Assembly (NCBI GenBank): GCA_043228905.1 | Contig: JBHGNT010000008.1 | Coordinates: 9,176,001-9,240,000 of the forward strand | DNA length: 64,000 nucleotides | DNA from: Azolla caroliniana | Taxonomy: Eukaryota > Plantae > Polypodiophyta | Direction: 5' to 3' | Shown: piece by piece, positions 1 to 13,184 of the stretch | How positions within the stretch are numbered: position 1 is the first letter of the stretch | Layout: every line of letters starts with the position of its first letter | Program-made: the position numbers and the translations under genes | The notes under the pieces: generated by a model | Told to the model about the DNA's origin: nothing | Database searches by the model: none | The model's input: the letters and a program-made list of their open reading frames with translations, nothing else

Positions 1-2
1 CG

Positions 3-2688
3 CTTGCATTGCCGGCCCTATGTGTCCGCGGAACTGCAGACGACAGGGCCGCCTACTTTAGCGGTTTGCGGGCACAATTCCATGCCCACCTTAGCTCCCA
101 CATGCCTCAAGACCACAATGTCCTTGACTTCATACCCAATCTTGATCACCATAACTCTACTCATAACGCACCTGAAGGATTGCAACAGTACAGACATGCA
201 TGCACCCTAATTGAGCTAATGACCATACGAGCATTCCATAGTAAGCTACTCCGGCGATTTAGCCTCGGCACGGCGATCGGCTTCCGGAGCCGCAATGGAG
301 AGCTCACCGATCTCCCTGCCATTCTTGTATTCGTTGCCCACAAAGTCCATAAAGAATGGCTCCAACAATGTGAGGTGCTTCCGACCGTGCTTGAGGTGTG
401 TGAATCGTCACACGCCAAATAGCAATGTAATCGAATTTCCATGATAATATGTATATATATATATATATATTCATGTCCACATACCGGAATAATGATGGCA
501 TCGCTAATATTAATCCTATCAATCGATCCGTATATTGAAATGAAAGTTTTCTTGTTGGGTTGTCATGGAAGTTTTCTTGTTGTGTTTTCATGGGCTCTAC
601 TTATAAGATGTGTAGTAGGTGTCAAGTTTAGGTGTCCCCCCCAACCCCCCATTTCTTTTCTTTAAATCTACAACATTTGCACTTGGAAACGTTAATAATG
701 ATCTCTTCGTGCGCTTGACAGGGGCCGAATGGTTTATGGTGTGATGTCGATGTTGTCGAATTCTCTTACTATGGGACTAGTCCAGTTACCGCGCCCAAGG
801 AGCAACTACATACAGAGTTGGTCCAAGGTTTACAAGGAAATGACACCCATATAGGCCCCGGTTCCCAGGTAACAACTCTCGCCAAATGTTTCGCCATTTT
901 GCATTCTTGGGAAGTAAGTTAGGAGCCAATCTTTCTTGGTGAATAATAGACCATATCGATCACATAAACTCGGCAAGCTTGTGCAACAACATCTACGAAA
1001 TTCGAAGAACAAAAGTATGCCCTCTCACAAAAGAGAAACTTGTGTTTCTGAATCCAAAGAGTTTTTCAAAATATATTTTAAAAGAAAGAGAGAGGGGCTA
1101 AAATGGTCCTAGATACATAATTGCATACATATATTGCTTTAAATGCAACTAGTTTGAGTTGTGGTCACTCATGAAAATCTGAGTTTCCCAAATTTAGTTG
1201 TAGCTAATTGATTCACATGAAGATTGAATGTATATGGACACAATCTTCTTGATTAATAGGCTTTCGAATTTTCAAATAAATTAAACACATGAAATCATTA
1301 TCTATGCTTATTATAGGTGGCAAGCCAGGACACATATGGGACCCTGGGAGCGATCGTCCAAAGCAAGATAGGCACTCGACAAGTCGGTTTCCTGACGAAT
1401 CGGCGCATTGCAGTGGATTTGGACTATCCTAACCAGAAAATGTACCATCCATTGCCGCCGAACCTCGGGCCCGGCATATACATTGGGGCTGTCGAGAGGG
1501 CTACCTCCTTCATAACTGACAACTTATGGTACGGAATTTTCGCGAGCATGAATCCAGGTTCGGTCGAACTACCCTTCTATCGTTCTTCCGGTTTAGGGTT
1601 TAGGGTTTAGGGTTTACTTCTCCACGCGTGCTTTTGATCATTGTTCATCGCTATTTACATCGTCATTGTCATTCCAGAGACATTTGTTAGGGCCGACGGA
1701 GCCTTCATACCATTCGATGAATGTTTCGATATGTCAAGGGTGACGACTACCGTGAACGGCCTAGGGGATATGGGAGAGGTCATGGCTATAGATCTTGAAG
1801 CTCCTGTAGGAAGCATTGTGGGGAGGCAGGTAGTAAAAGTAGGCCGGAGCTCGGGGATCACAAAGGGCCGCATTATGGCATATGCTCTCGAATATGAGGA
1901 CGAAAAGGGGCTGTGCTTATTCAAGGATTTTGTCATCGTCGGCAAGAATAAGCGAGCATTTGATCTCGAAGGTGATAGCGGGAGCTTGATTCTCCTAATG
2001 GAGGGGACCGGCCAAAGGCCGAGGCCCGTAGGGATGATATGGGGAGGAACACTAGCCAATCGAGGCCGTCTTAAGTTGTGCATTGGACATGGTCCCGAGA
2101 GTTGGACGAGCGGAGTCGATCTCGCCCGTCTCCTGGACCTTCTTCAACTCTCTCTAATAACAAGCAATGCCGATCTAGCGGGTACGATTGCGTGTTTCAT
2201 GTGTGTTGCGTAGTGGTTGTTGTAGTTCTCTTGCCGTTCTAATCTTGTGTACTTCTACGGTGTTTTTATGAGCAAATGTAGTTGCTTGTCAAGAGTGTGG
2301 ACATCATCGAGTATTGGGGCGTGTCTTAACCAATAGCCACGAGGTGGTGCCATGTCAAGGTTTGGTCGTGCCATCACAAGGTTTGGTTAAGAATTCCGAA
2401 TCGATGGATAGTGACAATCAGCTTGGTGAGAGCATGTGTGAAACGGATTTCGGTTTTGTTCACAAGAACAATGAAAACGAGCATCTTGTAACAATATTGG
2501 TCGATCTTATTGACAATGGAAGTAAAGAAGCTTCCACATACAAAACTAGTGTAGATGATGTTACTAAAGACCCATCTACATCCAAGACTTATAAGGATGT
2601 GGAAGAGTTTTCCATGGGTTTGCACTTAAGTTCAATAGGGATGCATTTAAGAGAAAATGACCAAGATTCTCTTAGTGATAATGCTTGA
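3..2688 (+). CDS. NAL1: NARROW LEAF 1-like trypsin-family serine protease, 5'-partial; exons <3-395, 722-868, 1317-1557, 1678-2181, 2282-2688
   Basis: GT-AG introns join in frame to give NAL1-family motifs: ELMTIRAFHSKLLRRFSLGTAIGFR, GPNGLWCDVDVVEFSYYG, GSQVASQDTYGTLGAIV, ETFVRADGAFIPF, VVKVGRSSG, FDLEGDSGSLI, WGGTLANRGRLKL, WTSGVDLARLLDLL. The start codon lies upstream of the window. Confidence 0.9.
1592..1616 (+). repeat. Short (TTTAGGG)3+ telomere-type tract in NAL1 intron 3
   Basis: tttagggtttagggtttagggttta. Confidence 0.8.
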
Positions 2689-5014
2689 TTGCTTATTATA
2701 GGATTAAAAACTCGATGTTTTCCTGTACATGTTATGTGAGTGCATTTTATAAATACATACCATTGTAATAACTTTCCAAAGGACAAGTCTTAAGTCCAAC
2801 CCCATGTGTGTATGATTATGTCAAGAGATCTAAAGGCTTGCTAAATTGCAAGGAAGCATAAGCTTTGTTCAAACTCTAATAACACCTCAAAGCCAACAAC
2901 ATGAACTCTTCGGAATTGGTGTGGTAGATAAAGAACATACTTGAAGTTTGAACCTTGCCCAAACTTTGATGAAGACATTGGAGTGTCAAGTTTCATCTTA
3001 TCTTAGGAACTCACATATTTTATTATAACCTTGTATTTCTAAAAACAAGGGACAAATTTGCAAGTAAACTTGAAACCTTGCCCAAACATAGTACTAAAAT
3101 TGTGAAATATGCACAAAAAACGCCTAATGTCCTATGGACAAAGTCGAGGTTCTCTTCTACTATTGCAATTTTAGTCTTCTACTATTGCAATTCTAGTTTG
3201 TCATAGGTTTGATGTTATTGAATATAGAAATAAAAAGCCATCCATCCACATCACAATCTAGGGATGTGCAAGAGTTTTCCTTGGGTTTCTAACCCTTTGG
3301 TTATAACTCAAAAAAGGAATTGCATAGAGGACTCTTAGTAACAATTATTTTATAACTCATTAGACTTGCTCTAATTGCACGTGCTATTGATGTGGCTTTT
3401 AACAAATGCATCCCATTTTGACACTTGATTATATCACAAACAAACCCATGTCCAATGTCGGATGTTAAATCAGAGTTGATGCATGGAAGGTTGATTATCA
3501 CTCCTTTGCACTAAAAAAGGAAATTCAAACACAAGTTAATGAACGTGTGCGCCTTAGGAACTAACATATTTTTAAACAAGAGATCATTTGCAAGTGAATT
3601 CAAAACAGTGTCTCAGACTTCGATGAACACCTTGGAGTTAGCAAGCTCAAATCGTAAATGTGAATCCACCTCAACTTTGATGTGAATACCTTTAAGAGCC
3701 ATGCCCCTTGAAACTTGAATAAAGTACAGACAAGATTGTTGTATATGGCAAATTTAGGGCTTTTGTTCAATTGTTGCACGAATTGTTTTTTCTTGGAATC
3801 TTTCTAGTTTCTAAAAAACCAAGGGATTCAATGCAATTCAAGTTTGGAACTACATGCAATGGAAGAGCCTCTAACTGAATCAAATTATTGTGGATTCTCG
3901 TTTGAGATCTAAAACTTGGATGAAGGTCATAATTACATCTAAGGGTTATAGAAGGTACTTTTGCTATATAAATCAAAACCTAAGGCAAAGGTTGAGATTC
4001 TACCAAAGGGCTATATAAGCTTACAATGGGCTCTTGAAAATTCTATGATTGGAGTATCACCCTTGCTTGCCCAAGGGAGAATTGCTTCTATTATCATTAT
4101 GTACATGACTAAGCATTTGATAACCAAATAAGGCAACAAACTTGAATGGTGATGTTATTAGATTGTGATTGTTCTCACTAGGAAAATAAAAGCAATTATA
4201 ATTGCTACAATAATATTGAAATTTATAATTTCTCATTGCAACTATTGTTTACCACCATCTTGAGCCATCATGTTGTAGTTATAGTTTTGTCATGCAAATG
4301 TTAACAAAGAGTAGAAAGTTAATGGATGGGTAAGGTAATTGTGCTAGTTACGATGACATTCTAGCCAAATGATTGGACCATTGACAATGAAAATACCTTT
4401 GTTGAATGTTTATGTAGCTATTCCTAAGTTCATAAAGTGACACACAAACTTCATTGAAATAAATGAAGATAGGAATTCCAATGTTTATTGCAATGAGAAG
4501 TTTTCCCACATAATTCAACTATGTTGCAAATTGGAGTGTTATTAAAATGCAGCATATCAAGCATCAAATGTTTGAATGAATCCGTGAACTCAAAAGTTGT
4601 CATACATGTTGGATTGTTGCACAATTATTGATCATACTTTGCCCCTAATATAATACATTAACATGTGAATTTACATGTCAAGATGATCATTGTACTATGG
4701 ACAATTTGGGATCAAGGCCCCAATCGTAATGGAAAAATCTTTAAAAGGAGGCATTACCATGCCTATGTGGTATGCATGTGTTCCTTTGTGCCACCTTTTT
4801 AGCACACCCTTTTTAGCTAAGCCAACCCAAAGGGGTACCTTTGTATCAACTATAAATTGAGCAAGAAGTAAGAAGCTAACTAGGTTGGTTTAATCTCTTA
4901 TCTGCATTTTACATATTGGTGGAGATGCGGAGTCTCAGTCCCCCACGTCCAAGCATCCACCTCTTCCCCCTCACCTTAGGTTGCCCACTAACTTCTTGTC
5001 CCACAAGTTTCTCC

Positions 5015-5320
5015 GATCCCCCCTCCTACACGATAGCCCTCCTGTCCTCGACCTCAGCCAAGTCTAGGTGGCCCTCAGTCCACAGGAGCGATTGATCTTT
5101 CTCCTCTAATTGATCTTTCCCTAATCCCCATTCGACACGATAACCCTCTTGTTCCCCACCTCATCCACATCTAGGTGGCCCTTGGTCCACAAGAGCGATT
5201 GATCTTTCTCCACCAATTGATCTTCCCCTGATCCCCCTCCTACACGATAGCCCTCCTGTCCTCCACCTCAGCCAAGTCCAGGTGGCCCTCAGTCCACATG
5301 AGTGATTGATCTCTATCCGC
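5015..5320. repeat. Tandem repeat, ~107-bp unit x3
   Basis: acacgata(g/a)ccct recurs at 5028, 5135 and 5242, each followed by ...aggtggccct...gattgatct. Units 1 and 3 are closer to each other than to unit 2. Confidence 0.85.
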
Positions 5321-8035
5321 CAATTGCTAGCTCATTTTCCGTCACTAGCCCCGTCCAACTATTATTTGATTAGGGCCGTCAGTTCCACGGTGTCGTAGTG
5401 TGAATCACACACTACGTGAAATATGTAAAATACTATATCCGATTTAAAGTACGTATAATAAATAAAATAAAATATTAAAAATATTTATTATGTGCATAGG
5501 GAAAGATTCAAACCTTGTACCTCCACATAGACAAACCCTAACCTTACCATTATACTAACTTATACTAAGTGTTCTAAATATAGGTTTAATACAATAAGAC
5601 CTTTATTTAGGCCTACCTTTGTTAAAAGGTGTTGAGATATCAAGCTCAACTAGTTAAATCTAGTTAGTCAACACATGTAACTTAGTAGTTACCTAGATCG
5701 AATCTAGTTAATGTGTTGACCTTAAGCCTTTAAATAGGACCTTGTACCTCCACATAGACAAACCCCAACCTTACCATTATACTAACTTATCCTAAGTGTT
5801 CTAAATATAGGTTTAATACGCTAAGACCTTTATTTAGGCCTACCTTTGTTAAAAGGTGTTGAGATATCAAGCTCAACTAGTTTAATCTAGTTAGTCAACA
5901 CATGTAACTTAGTAGTTACCTAGATCGAATCTAGTTAATGTGTTGACTAGGACCTTGTACTTAAGTGAGATATTCTAGATCCTCCACTCCTTAGTACATT
6001 TAATGTAGGACTTACACATAAGTACCTATGATCTACCCACACATGTGCACCTTTGCACATGGGTTGTATATATACCTCATTGTGGGTATTTTTGTATATT
6101 GATGACACTTTTCAATATAGTCAATCATCTCCCATTTACCTTCGTGTTCATAAGTGTAACCTCCTCTCTCTCTCTCTTCCTCTCACACACTCTCACGTGC
6201 ATATCATACTAATCTTCCGTTGCTTAACGTAACCATATAATTAGTCTCTAATTAACCCTAGTTAATTACCTAATTACTTAACATGGTATCAGAGCGTGTG
6301 GTTTAGGAAATCCACTAAGCCCACCGCTTATTCGTGATTGTGTGTTCGAGACGCCGACGACAAATCCCGGCTATTCGCTATCCGCTACCGTAGTGCTGCT
6401 ACGAAGGACGTGTACGTGACCAAGAGAAGAAAAACAAAACGGAAGACACAACAATCAACATGAACACACAAATGGGAAGCTCACTCCCTTGCGAAAAGCT
6501 AGACCGAAGCAACTATTCATCTTGGCAGTACAAGATGAATCAATACCTTGTCGGCCAAGGGTATTGGAGCTACATCAACGGCGCACAAGAAAACAAACCC
6601 GAAACCACACACGCCAACTACCCAACGTGGGAGCAAGGCGCGAGTCGGGTAATGTATTTCTTGGCAACATGTGTAAACGACCACATGCTTAGCCACATTC
6701 GTGATGCCAAGACGCCCAAAGAGGTGTGGGAAAATCTCAAGAAGATTTTCGCCGCAGACACATCCGCGTGCAAGCTTCAACTCCGGCAAGAGTTGAACAA
6801 CATACGAAAAAAAGAAATGTTCGTGATGAACTACACCACGAAGATCAAGAGCATTTGCGACTCTCTTGGCTCCATCAACGTCAACATCGACAAGGACGAG
6901 ATGGTGCAAGTATGCTTGGGCGGCCTTGCACAACAATTCAACCCGTTGAGAACGGAAATCTTGGCGAGAGATACCCCTCCCTCGTTCTTCAACCTCCAAT
7001 CAATGCTATTGGTCGAAGAAAACCACGTTCAATCAAAAACCAACACATCGGAAGGACAAATGCTCTTCTCCGATACGGATGGTGCCCATAGAGGAGGTCA
7101 AAGCGGAAGAGGTCAATTCGACCTATCCCACGAAGCGAATTCACAATTTCGGCAAGGAAACGGAAGCCATCGAGGAACCTTCACAAGAAGGGGGAGCTTC
7201 CACGCCGAACAAGGTCGGTGAACGACACCACCTACGTGCAACTATTGCGACAAAATCGGCCATCACGAAGAGGAGTGCCGAAAAAGTCGGCCTCAACAAG
7301 CCGGCAACTCACAAATTACGCTGCGAACGCGGAATACGCGGACTACGACGGACTCTTCGTGATGAGGCATAGAGCGAACTCTATGATGGCCTCCGATCCC
7401 GCAAACTCCGCAAGCACCTCCAACTCCGAACACACGTGGTTTGTAGACTCCGGCACCTCGCACCATATGACGTCGCACCAAGAGTGGTTTCGCGACTTGC
7501 GAACGCCGGATCGACCCGGCTACAAAGAGACCGGAGACGACACTCCGCATCCTATTGGGCACATCGGCGATGTCCCATTCGGGAAAGAAGGCGAGCAAAT
7601 CTGCATCAAGAATGTCTTGCATGTGCCCACAATAATAAAGAATTTGGTCTCGGTCTGCCAAATCGTGGAGCAAGGCATGCAAGTCCGCTTCAACAATGAA
7701 GGTTGCTTCATCGAGAAAGATGGCCGACTCATAGCCAAGGGGCAGAGAGACGGTCGCTTGTTCATCCTCGATTCGAATGAGGTAAAATCAGCCATGTACG
7801 CCAAAGGTCTCAAGACCGAGACAAACATCGAGTTGTGGCACAAGCGAATCGGCCACATAAACCTCCGACTTTGCGGAATGCAATCAAAGGGAGTCGTAAT
7901 TGGACTTCCGGCCTTCGAATCGAAACGAGTTGACTGAGTGTGCGAAGCATGCCAACTCGGCAAACAACATCGACTCCCATTCCCGAAGGAGAGCTCCGCA
8001 AGCAAAGGCCTCCTTGACATAATCCACTCGGACGT

Positions 8036-8104
8036 TGTCGCGTTGCTACACGCGTGCGTGGAGAAGAAGGCGGGACCACTGGGGTCTTGGACCGAGGAAT
8101 AGGT

Positions 8105-8135
<31 letters not shown>

Positions 8136-11100
8136 CAAAGCGAGAGAAAGCGAGAGAGAGAGAGAGACGCTCACACACACGTATAGACAAAGAAGCGCAG
8201 TGGGACGCGGCCCAACAACATAGGAGACACGAGTTGAGAACACTAGCGTAAGTATATAAATATGCGTATGTATTTGTATGTATGCAAACGACTCAAATGG
8301 TTACAGCCGATTAGGTCGGCGAGATGGATGCCGACGCCTGATCACCCACGCACATAGGAGAGCAAGATGGAGATTCCGCCGGAAGCACACGGGCGTTCCA
8401 CGGAGCAGGATCAGCCTCCTGAGAACCTACACAAAAGAAAGCTATGGAGAACGACAGAGAAGAAGAGCTCAGTCCCAGTCCGACAGCACTTCGTCCCCTC
8501 TAGCGCGCAATCCCCTCTCTCCCCCCGTCTCCCTCTCTTTTATAGCTCAAGGAGGGAGGCCGTTTCACCCGTTTACATCACATTAATTCTCTGTCCTTTC
8601 GGACAGAGATACTCCTGGATTTCCCCTATAGAATATTGCTACCTAGGATTTGACCTTTGTGCCTACCTATCTACTATACAACAAGGGGCATGCCCACGTG
8701 TAAGGGCCGGTTCACACACACTATACACGGTTTGCGCCTGGGGACGGTTTTCTTCACAACATCTGCCCCCACCTAACCGCGCATCCATCGGTATGCGCCA
8801 AAATTGGGTTCCTACGGGAGAAAACCGATCCTTGCTTTTATTCCTCGTTTACCAGTTCATCCTCCGCCTCGGGCTGCTCTTTGTTGCTGTCCATGCCCCC
8901 TAGCTCCGGCTCACTGTCGTGTCCTTTCTTGAACGCTTTGATCCTCTTCCCCGCTACCGGTATCGCCATTCTCGTACCGTGGAGCTCCGCGAGATCGGCC
9001 ATTTCCCCTTCTTATAGAAGTCCATGGACATCAAATTGATTTTTGAACCGTGGTCCACCAATGCCACCACCGGTTCATGAACATCTTCGATCTTCACGGG
9101 GGTCTCCGTGGTCGCTCTGGCCCAATGCGACCTCGAATAGTGGCTCTCCGCCAACTCGTCTTCCAGCGCCATGTCCTCTATGTGCGTCGTCCGCACCTTC
9201 ACCGGCTACTCCGGTTCTGTCTCCGTCGACAGCCTCTTCCTCTTCACCAAGTCTACGATGGAGTTTTGACAAGCGGCTTCGATGAAGCCCGTCTTTTCTT
9301 CCACCGGGTCACTCCACCGGGTCACCTCCCAGACCCGTTTTTCCACGCGATCCGCCTCTTCTTTCCTTAGTCGTGCGCTGGCGAGGCCTTCTAGCATCGT
9401 CGGCCAGAACCCGGCTTTGTTCGTCTTCGGGGCCTCGCCACCTCCGACCCGAATACCAGTTGACGCCGAGTAGTGGACGGTCTCCGCGTGACGAGCCGTT
9501 GCCTCCTCCATCAGCCTTTTCATACCCCCTCGCCCGACGTTCAGGTCCAGGGTTTCGCTGGCGTGCACCTGACCATTCCACAGGTACACTGATGGAAATA
9601 ATCGAAACTTTCCGAACTTCACCTCTCGGCCACAACCAAGGAAACACACGAATCGTTGTTGCAAAAATGGGAAATGCGAAAAAATAGAGAGGACACACGA
9701 TTTATCGTGGAAAACCCTGTACGGGAAAAACCACGGGAGTACAAGACTCCGAACCAAAACTATGCACAGAGAAGTATACAATGGCGAGTTGCAAGGCGAC
9801 GACCTTGAGTTCCCTGTCCTCGCCACAGGCGGCGGAAATACACAGAGGCGTCGACCTCTTCCTCTCTCTCGCGCTCTATCTCTCTCACGGCTGCTCTCTC
9901 TTCACTCCTCTTGAGTGGAAAAACAGAAAAATAAGTAGCAACATTAAAACTGTTTGCCCTAAGTCATATTTATACACATATGACTTTAGGGCTATTTACA
10001 ACTATAGCCTCAAGGGCCCTTGGCAAACATATTCACAGATATGTCCCCGCATCCGGATCTCGCTCCGGGTACATTCGTCATCCGGCTCCGAAGCCGGGGT
10101 CATCATCATCCGGTTCCGAAACCGAAACCGGGCTTGTCGGCATTCATCTCCGACATCCGACCATCCCATCCGAAGGGACCGTAATCCCAACATACACCAC
10201 GTTGCTTCTCATCGCCTCGGCGAAGTCCCTGCAGTCCTTCCGGATGTGGCCAACCGCGTCACACCACATGCACCTGTTTCCAGCCAGAGGTCGTCAGTCA
10301 CGGCCCTGTTCACTATCGTCCCTAACTTAACAAACAATAGGACACGGCTTGTGTCTAGAACGGTCCGATCAAGCACCGAGAGGCGCATGAAGCGTTCCTC
10401 AAACTCCCGGAGGAGCACCGACGCGTTCCTTCCTTTGTCAGGGGTCTCCACCCACTCCATGAAGTCCTGCTTCAAAAGTCGAAGCGCATCTTCAAGCCCG
10501 TATTTTTCGAGGAGCCGACCTTCGAACTCCTCCCAGGTTCGGCTCTCGGCCCGTACCTCGAGCACCTCCGCATGGATACCTGGCATCACCACTCGAGGGA
10601 ATCCGGCTAGACGCCTCTCTTCCGGAATGTCCCTCATTACCATGTCAGCCCGGTAGGACGCCAAGTAGCTCGTGGCATCCTTCCCACTAAACCGGTCAAT
10701 CGTACCGACAACCGCCTCGATAGCCCTATCAAGGGCGCCGGTGCCTTCGCGCGCACTCACTATACGGTCCACAGCTGAAGCCATGGCTTCTGCAAGGTCC
10801 GACCCCCTCATCTTCTCCTCCTCTACCGCCTCTTCACGTCGGGTTCACCAAAGATGTCGCGTTGCTACGCGCGTGCGTGGAGAAGAAGGCGGGACCACTG
10901 GGGTCTTGGACCGAGGAATAGGTGAGAAGAGGGAGAGAGAGAGAGAGAGACAAAGCGAGAGAAAGCGAGAGAGAGAGAGAGAGACGCTCACACACACGTA
11001 TAGACAAAGAAGTGCACTGGGACGCGGCCCAACAACACAGGAGACACGAGTTGAGAACACTAGCGTAAGTATATAAATATGCGTATGTATTTGTATGTAT

Positions 11101-11578
11101 GCAAACGACTCGAATGGTTACAGCCGATTAGGTCGGCGAGATGGATGCCGGCGCCTGATCACCTACGCACACAGGAGAGCAAGATGGAGATTCTGCCGGA
11201 AGCACACGGGCGTTCCACGGAGCAGGATCAACCTCCTGAGAACCTGCGCAAAAGAAAGCTATGGAGAACGACAGAGAAGAAGAGCTCGGTCCCAGTCCGA
11301 CAGCACTTCGTCCCCTCTAGCCTGCGATCCCCTCTCTTCCCCCGTCTCCCTCTATTTTATAGCTCAAGGAGGGAGGCCGTTTCACCCGTTTACATCACAT
11401 TAATTCTCTGTCCTCTCAGATAGAGATACTCCTGGATTTCCCCTATAGAATATTGCTACCTAGGATTTGACCTTTGTGCCTACCTATCTACTATACAACA
11501 AGGGGCGTGCCCACGTGTAAGGGTCGGTTCACACACACTATACACGGTTTGCGCTTGGGGACGGTTTTCTTCACGACA
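8036..11578 (-). mobile_element. Non-autonomous tRNA-Trp-primed gypsy element N1 (gag/PR remnants, no RT or INT) inside C1 integrase
   Basis: LTRs 8036-8761 and 10855-11578; 4-bp TSD ACGT; PBS 10833-10850 (-). Gag DRFSGKDATSYLASYRADM (10209-10811) and PR ALVDHGSKINLMS (8954-9202) are homologous to O. Confidence 0.9.
9590..10192 (-). mobile_element. Solo LTR S1 of the copia B family inside N1
   Basis: Reverse complement begins tgttgggattacggtccc like the B2 LTRs and ends ccatca; TSD TACAC at 9585-9589 and 10193-10197. Confidence 0.88.
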
Positions 11579-13184
11579 ACGTAAGGGGACCGGCTCAAAC
11601 GCCGATGCTCGGCAGATGCCGCTACTACAGCACCTTCATCGACGACCACTTGCGCTACGCGTGGATATACCCGATGAAGAAGAAGAGCGAAGTGCTCTCC
11701 CACTTTCAAAGGGTCAAAAGCCAAGTGGAGAAAGAAACCGGTCGGCACATTCGATGCCTACGATCGGACGGAGGAAAGGAGTAGTTCTTCGACGAGTTCA
11801 CCTCCTACCTCCAAGGTGAAGGCATTCGTAGAGAATTCTCATGCCGACACACTCCCCAACAAAACAGAGTAGCCGAGAGAAAGAATCGGCAAATACTCAA
11901 GGTAGCACGCGCCATGATGCGTGAGAAGCACATGCCGAACTTCTATTGGGCGGAAGCAACATCCACGACCGTCTATCTCATGAACCGGTGCACCACCAAT
12001 GGAGTGCACGAGCTTACTCCATACTAGATCTTCGTTGGAAGGAAGCCCATCCTCTTGCACCTCAAGTTGTTCGGAAGCATTGCCAATGTACGCATCCCGA
12101 ACAAAAGTCGAGAGAAGCCCGACGGGAAGTTGGAAGAATGTATTCTCATAAGATACTTGTCCGCGAAAAAGGCGTACAAGTGCTTCAACCCTTCGACCCG
12201 AGCAGTGCGGATAAGTCATGACGTTGTTTTCTACAAATCGGCATCGTGGTATAAGCCCGATGCGACTCCATCCGACCCGATCGAGGAAGAGTTGAACGCC
12301 AACTCAGATGACGAAACTCGGCCAAGTCCTCCACCGAAGGACAATCCAAGCTCTACCGAGCTAATTGGCCCACAAGAGCCTCCACGCGATGAAAACACGT
12401 CGCGGCCAAGTCCGACATCGGACAAAGGCAACTTGGTAAGATGCCCGAATACGATGTTGAGGTCCACCCCGACGACCGTGATTCGGATGATTCAGCTCGC
12501 TCACTAGACAGTGAGTTCAGTGTACCCGTCATGAGGTCACCAGGAGTAAAGAAGGAACTCACATCGACAAATGAGAAACTCCGCCGCTCATCACAAGTGA
12601 AGACCCAAGTCACTCGTTACGCCTACAACGAGTATATGGCCCATCACTATGCCCTCGCAATGAAGGTAGTGGCCGAACAAGAGCCCGAGGATCCAAGCCT
12701 TCGTCACAGGCTTGAGGGGGAGAATAAGCCACGAAGAGCCGTGCAACGAGGCCGCGAAGACGCGAAGAGCCACGCAACGAAGCCACGAAGACGCGAAGAA
12801 AGCCGCGCAACGCCGTGAAGAAAGCCGCAAGCCGCACCGATGCCGACGAAGCCGAAAGAAGCTAAACTGGACCTTGGACGCCTCACACTTGAGCTTGAGG
12901 GGATGTGTTGAGATATCAAGCTCAACTAGTTTAATCTAGTTAGTCAACACATGTAACTTAGTAGTTACCTAGATCGAATCTAGTTAATGTGTTAACCTTA
13001 AGCCTTTAAATAGAACCTTGTACTTAAGTGAGATATTCTAGATCCTCCACTCCTTAGTACATTTAATGTAGGACTTACACATAAGTACCTATGTTCTACC
13101 CACACATGTGCACCTTTGCACATGGGTGGTATATATACCTCATTGTGGGTATTTTTGTATGTTGATGACACTTTTCAATATAGT

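Larger units (their letters stand above)
6460..12690 (+). pseudogene. C1 gag-PR-integrase, frameshifted and split by N1
   Basis: Gag KLDRSNYSSWQYKM; PR WFVDSGTSHHM; GAG-pre-integrase ELWHKRIGH; HSDV|..GP split at 8035/11583; integrase core at 11583-12250. Sequence stops matching at EQEPE, where RT should begin. Confidence 0.85.

Noticed and set aside
1592-1616. Evidence of a chromosome end or fusion site
   Set aside because: Only about three and a half repeats inside an intron of an intact gene.
2930-3720. Degenerate repeats such as aaaccttgcccaaac and ttaggaact..catatttt downstream of NAL1
   Set aside because: Too decayed to define unit, boundaries or element type by eye.
9781-10656. 291-aa plus-strand ORF
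   Set aside because: It runs antisense across solo LTR S1 and N1 gag, crossing an insertion junction, so it is a chance open frame.
8036-11578. N1/N2 as DIRS-like or inverted-repeat elements
   Set aside because: They have direct TG...CA LTRs, TSDs, PBS and PPT, and no tyrosine recombinase.
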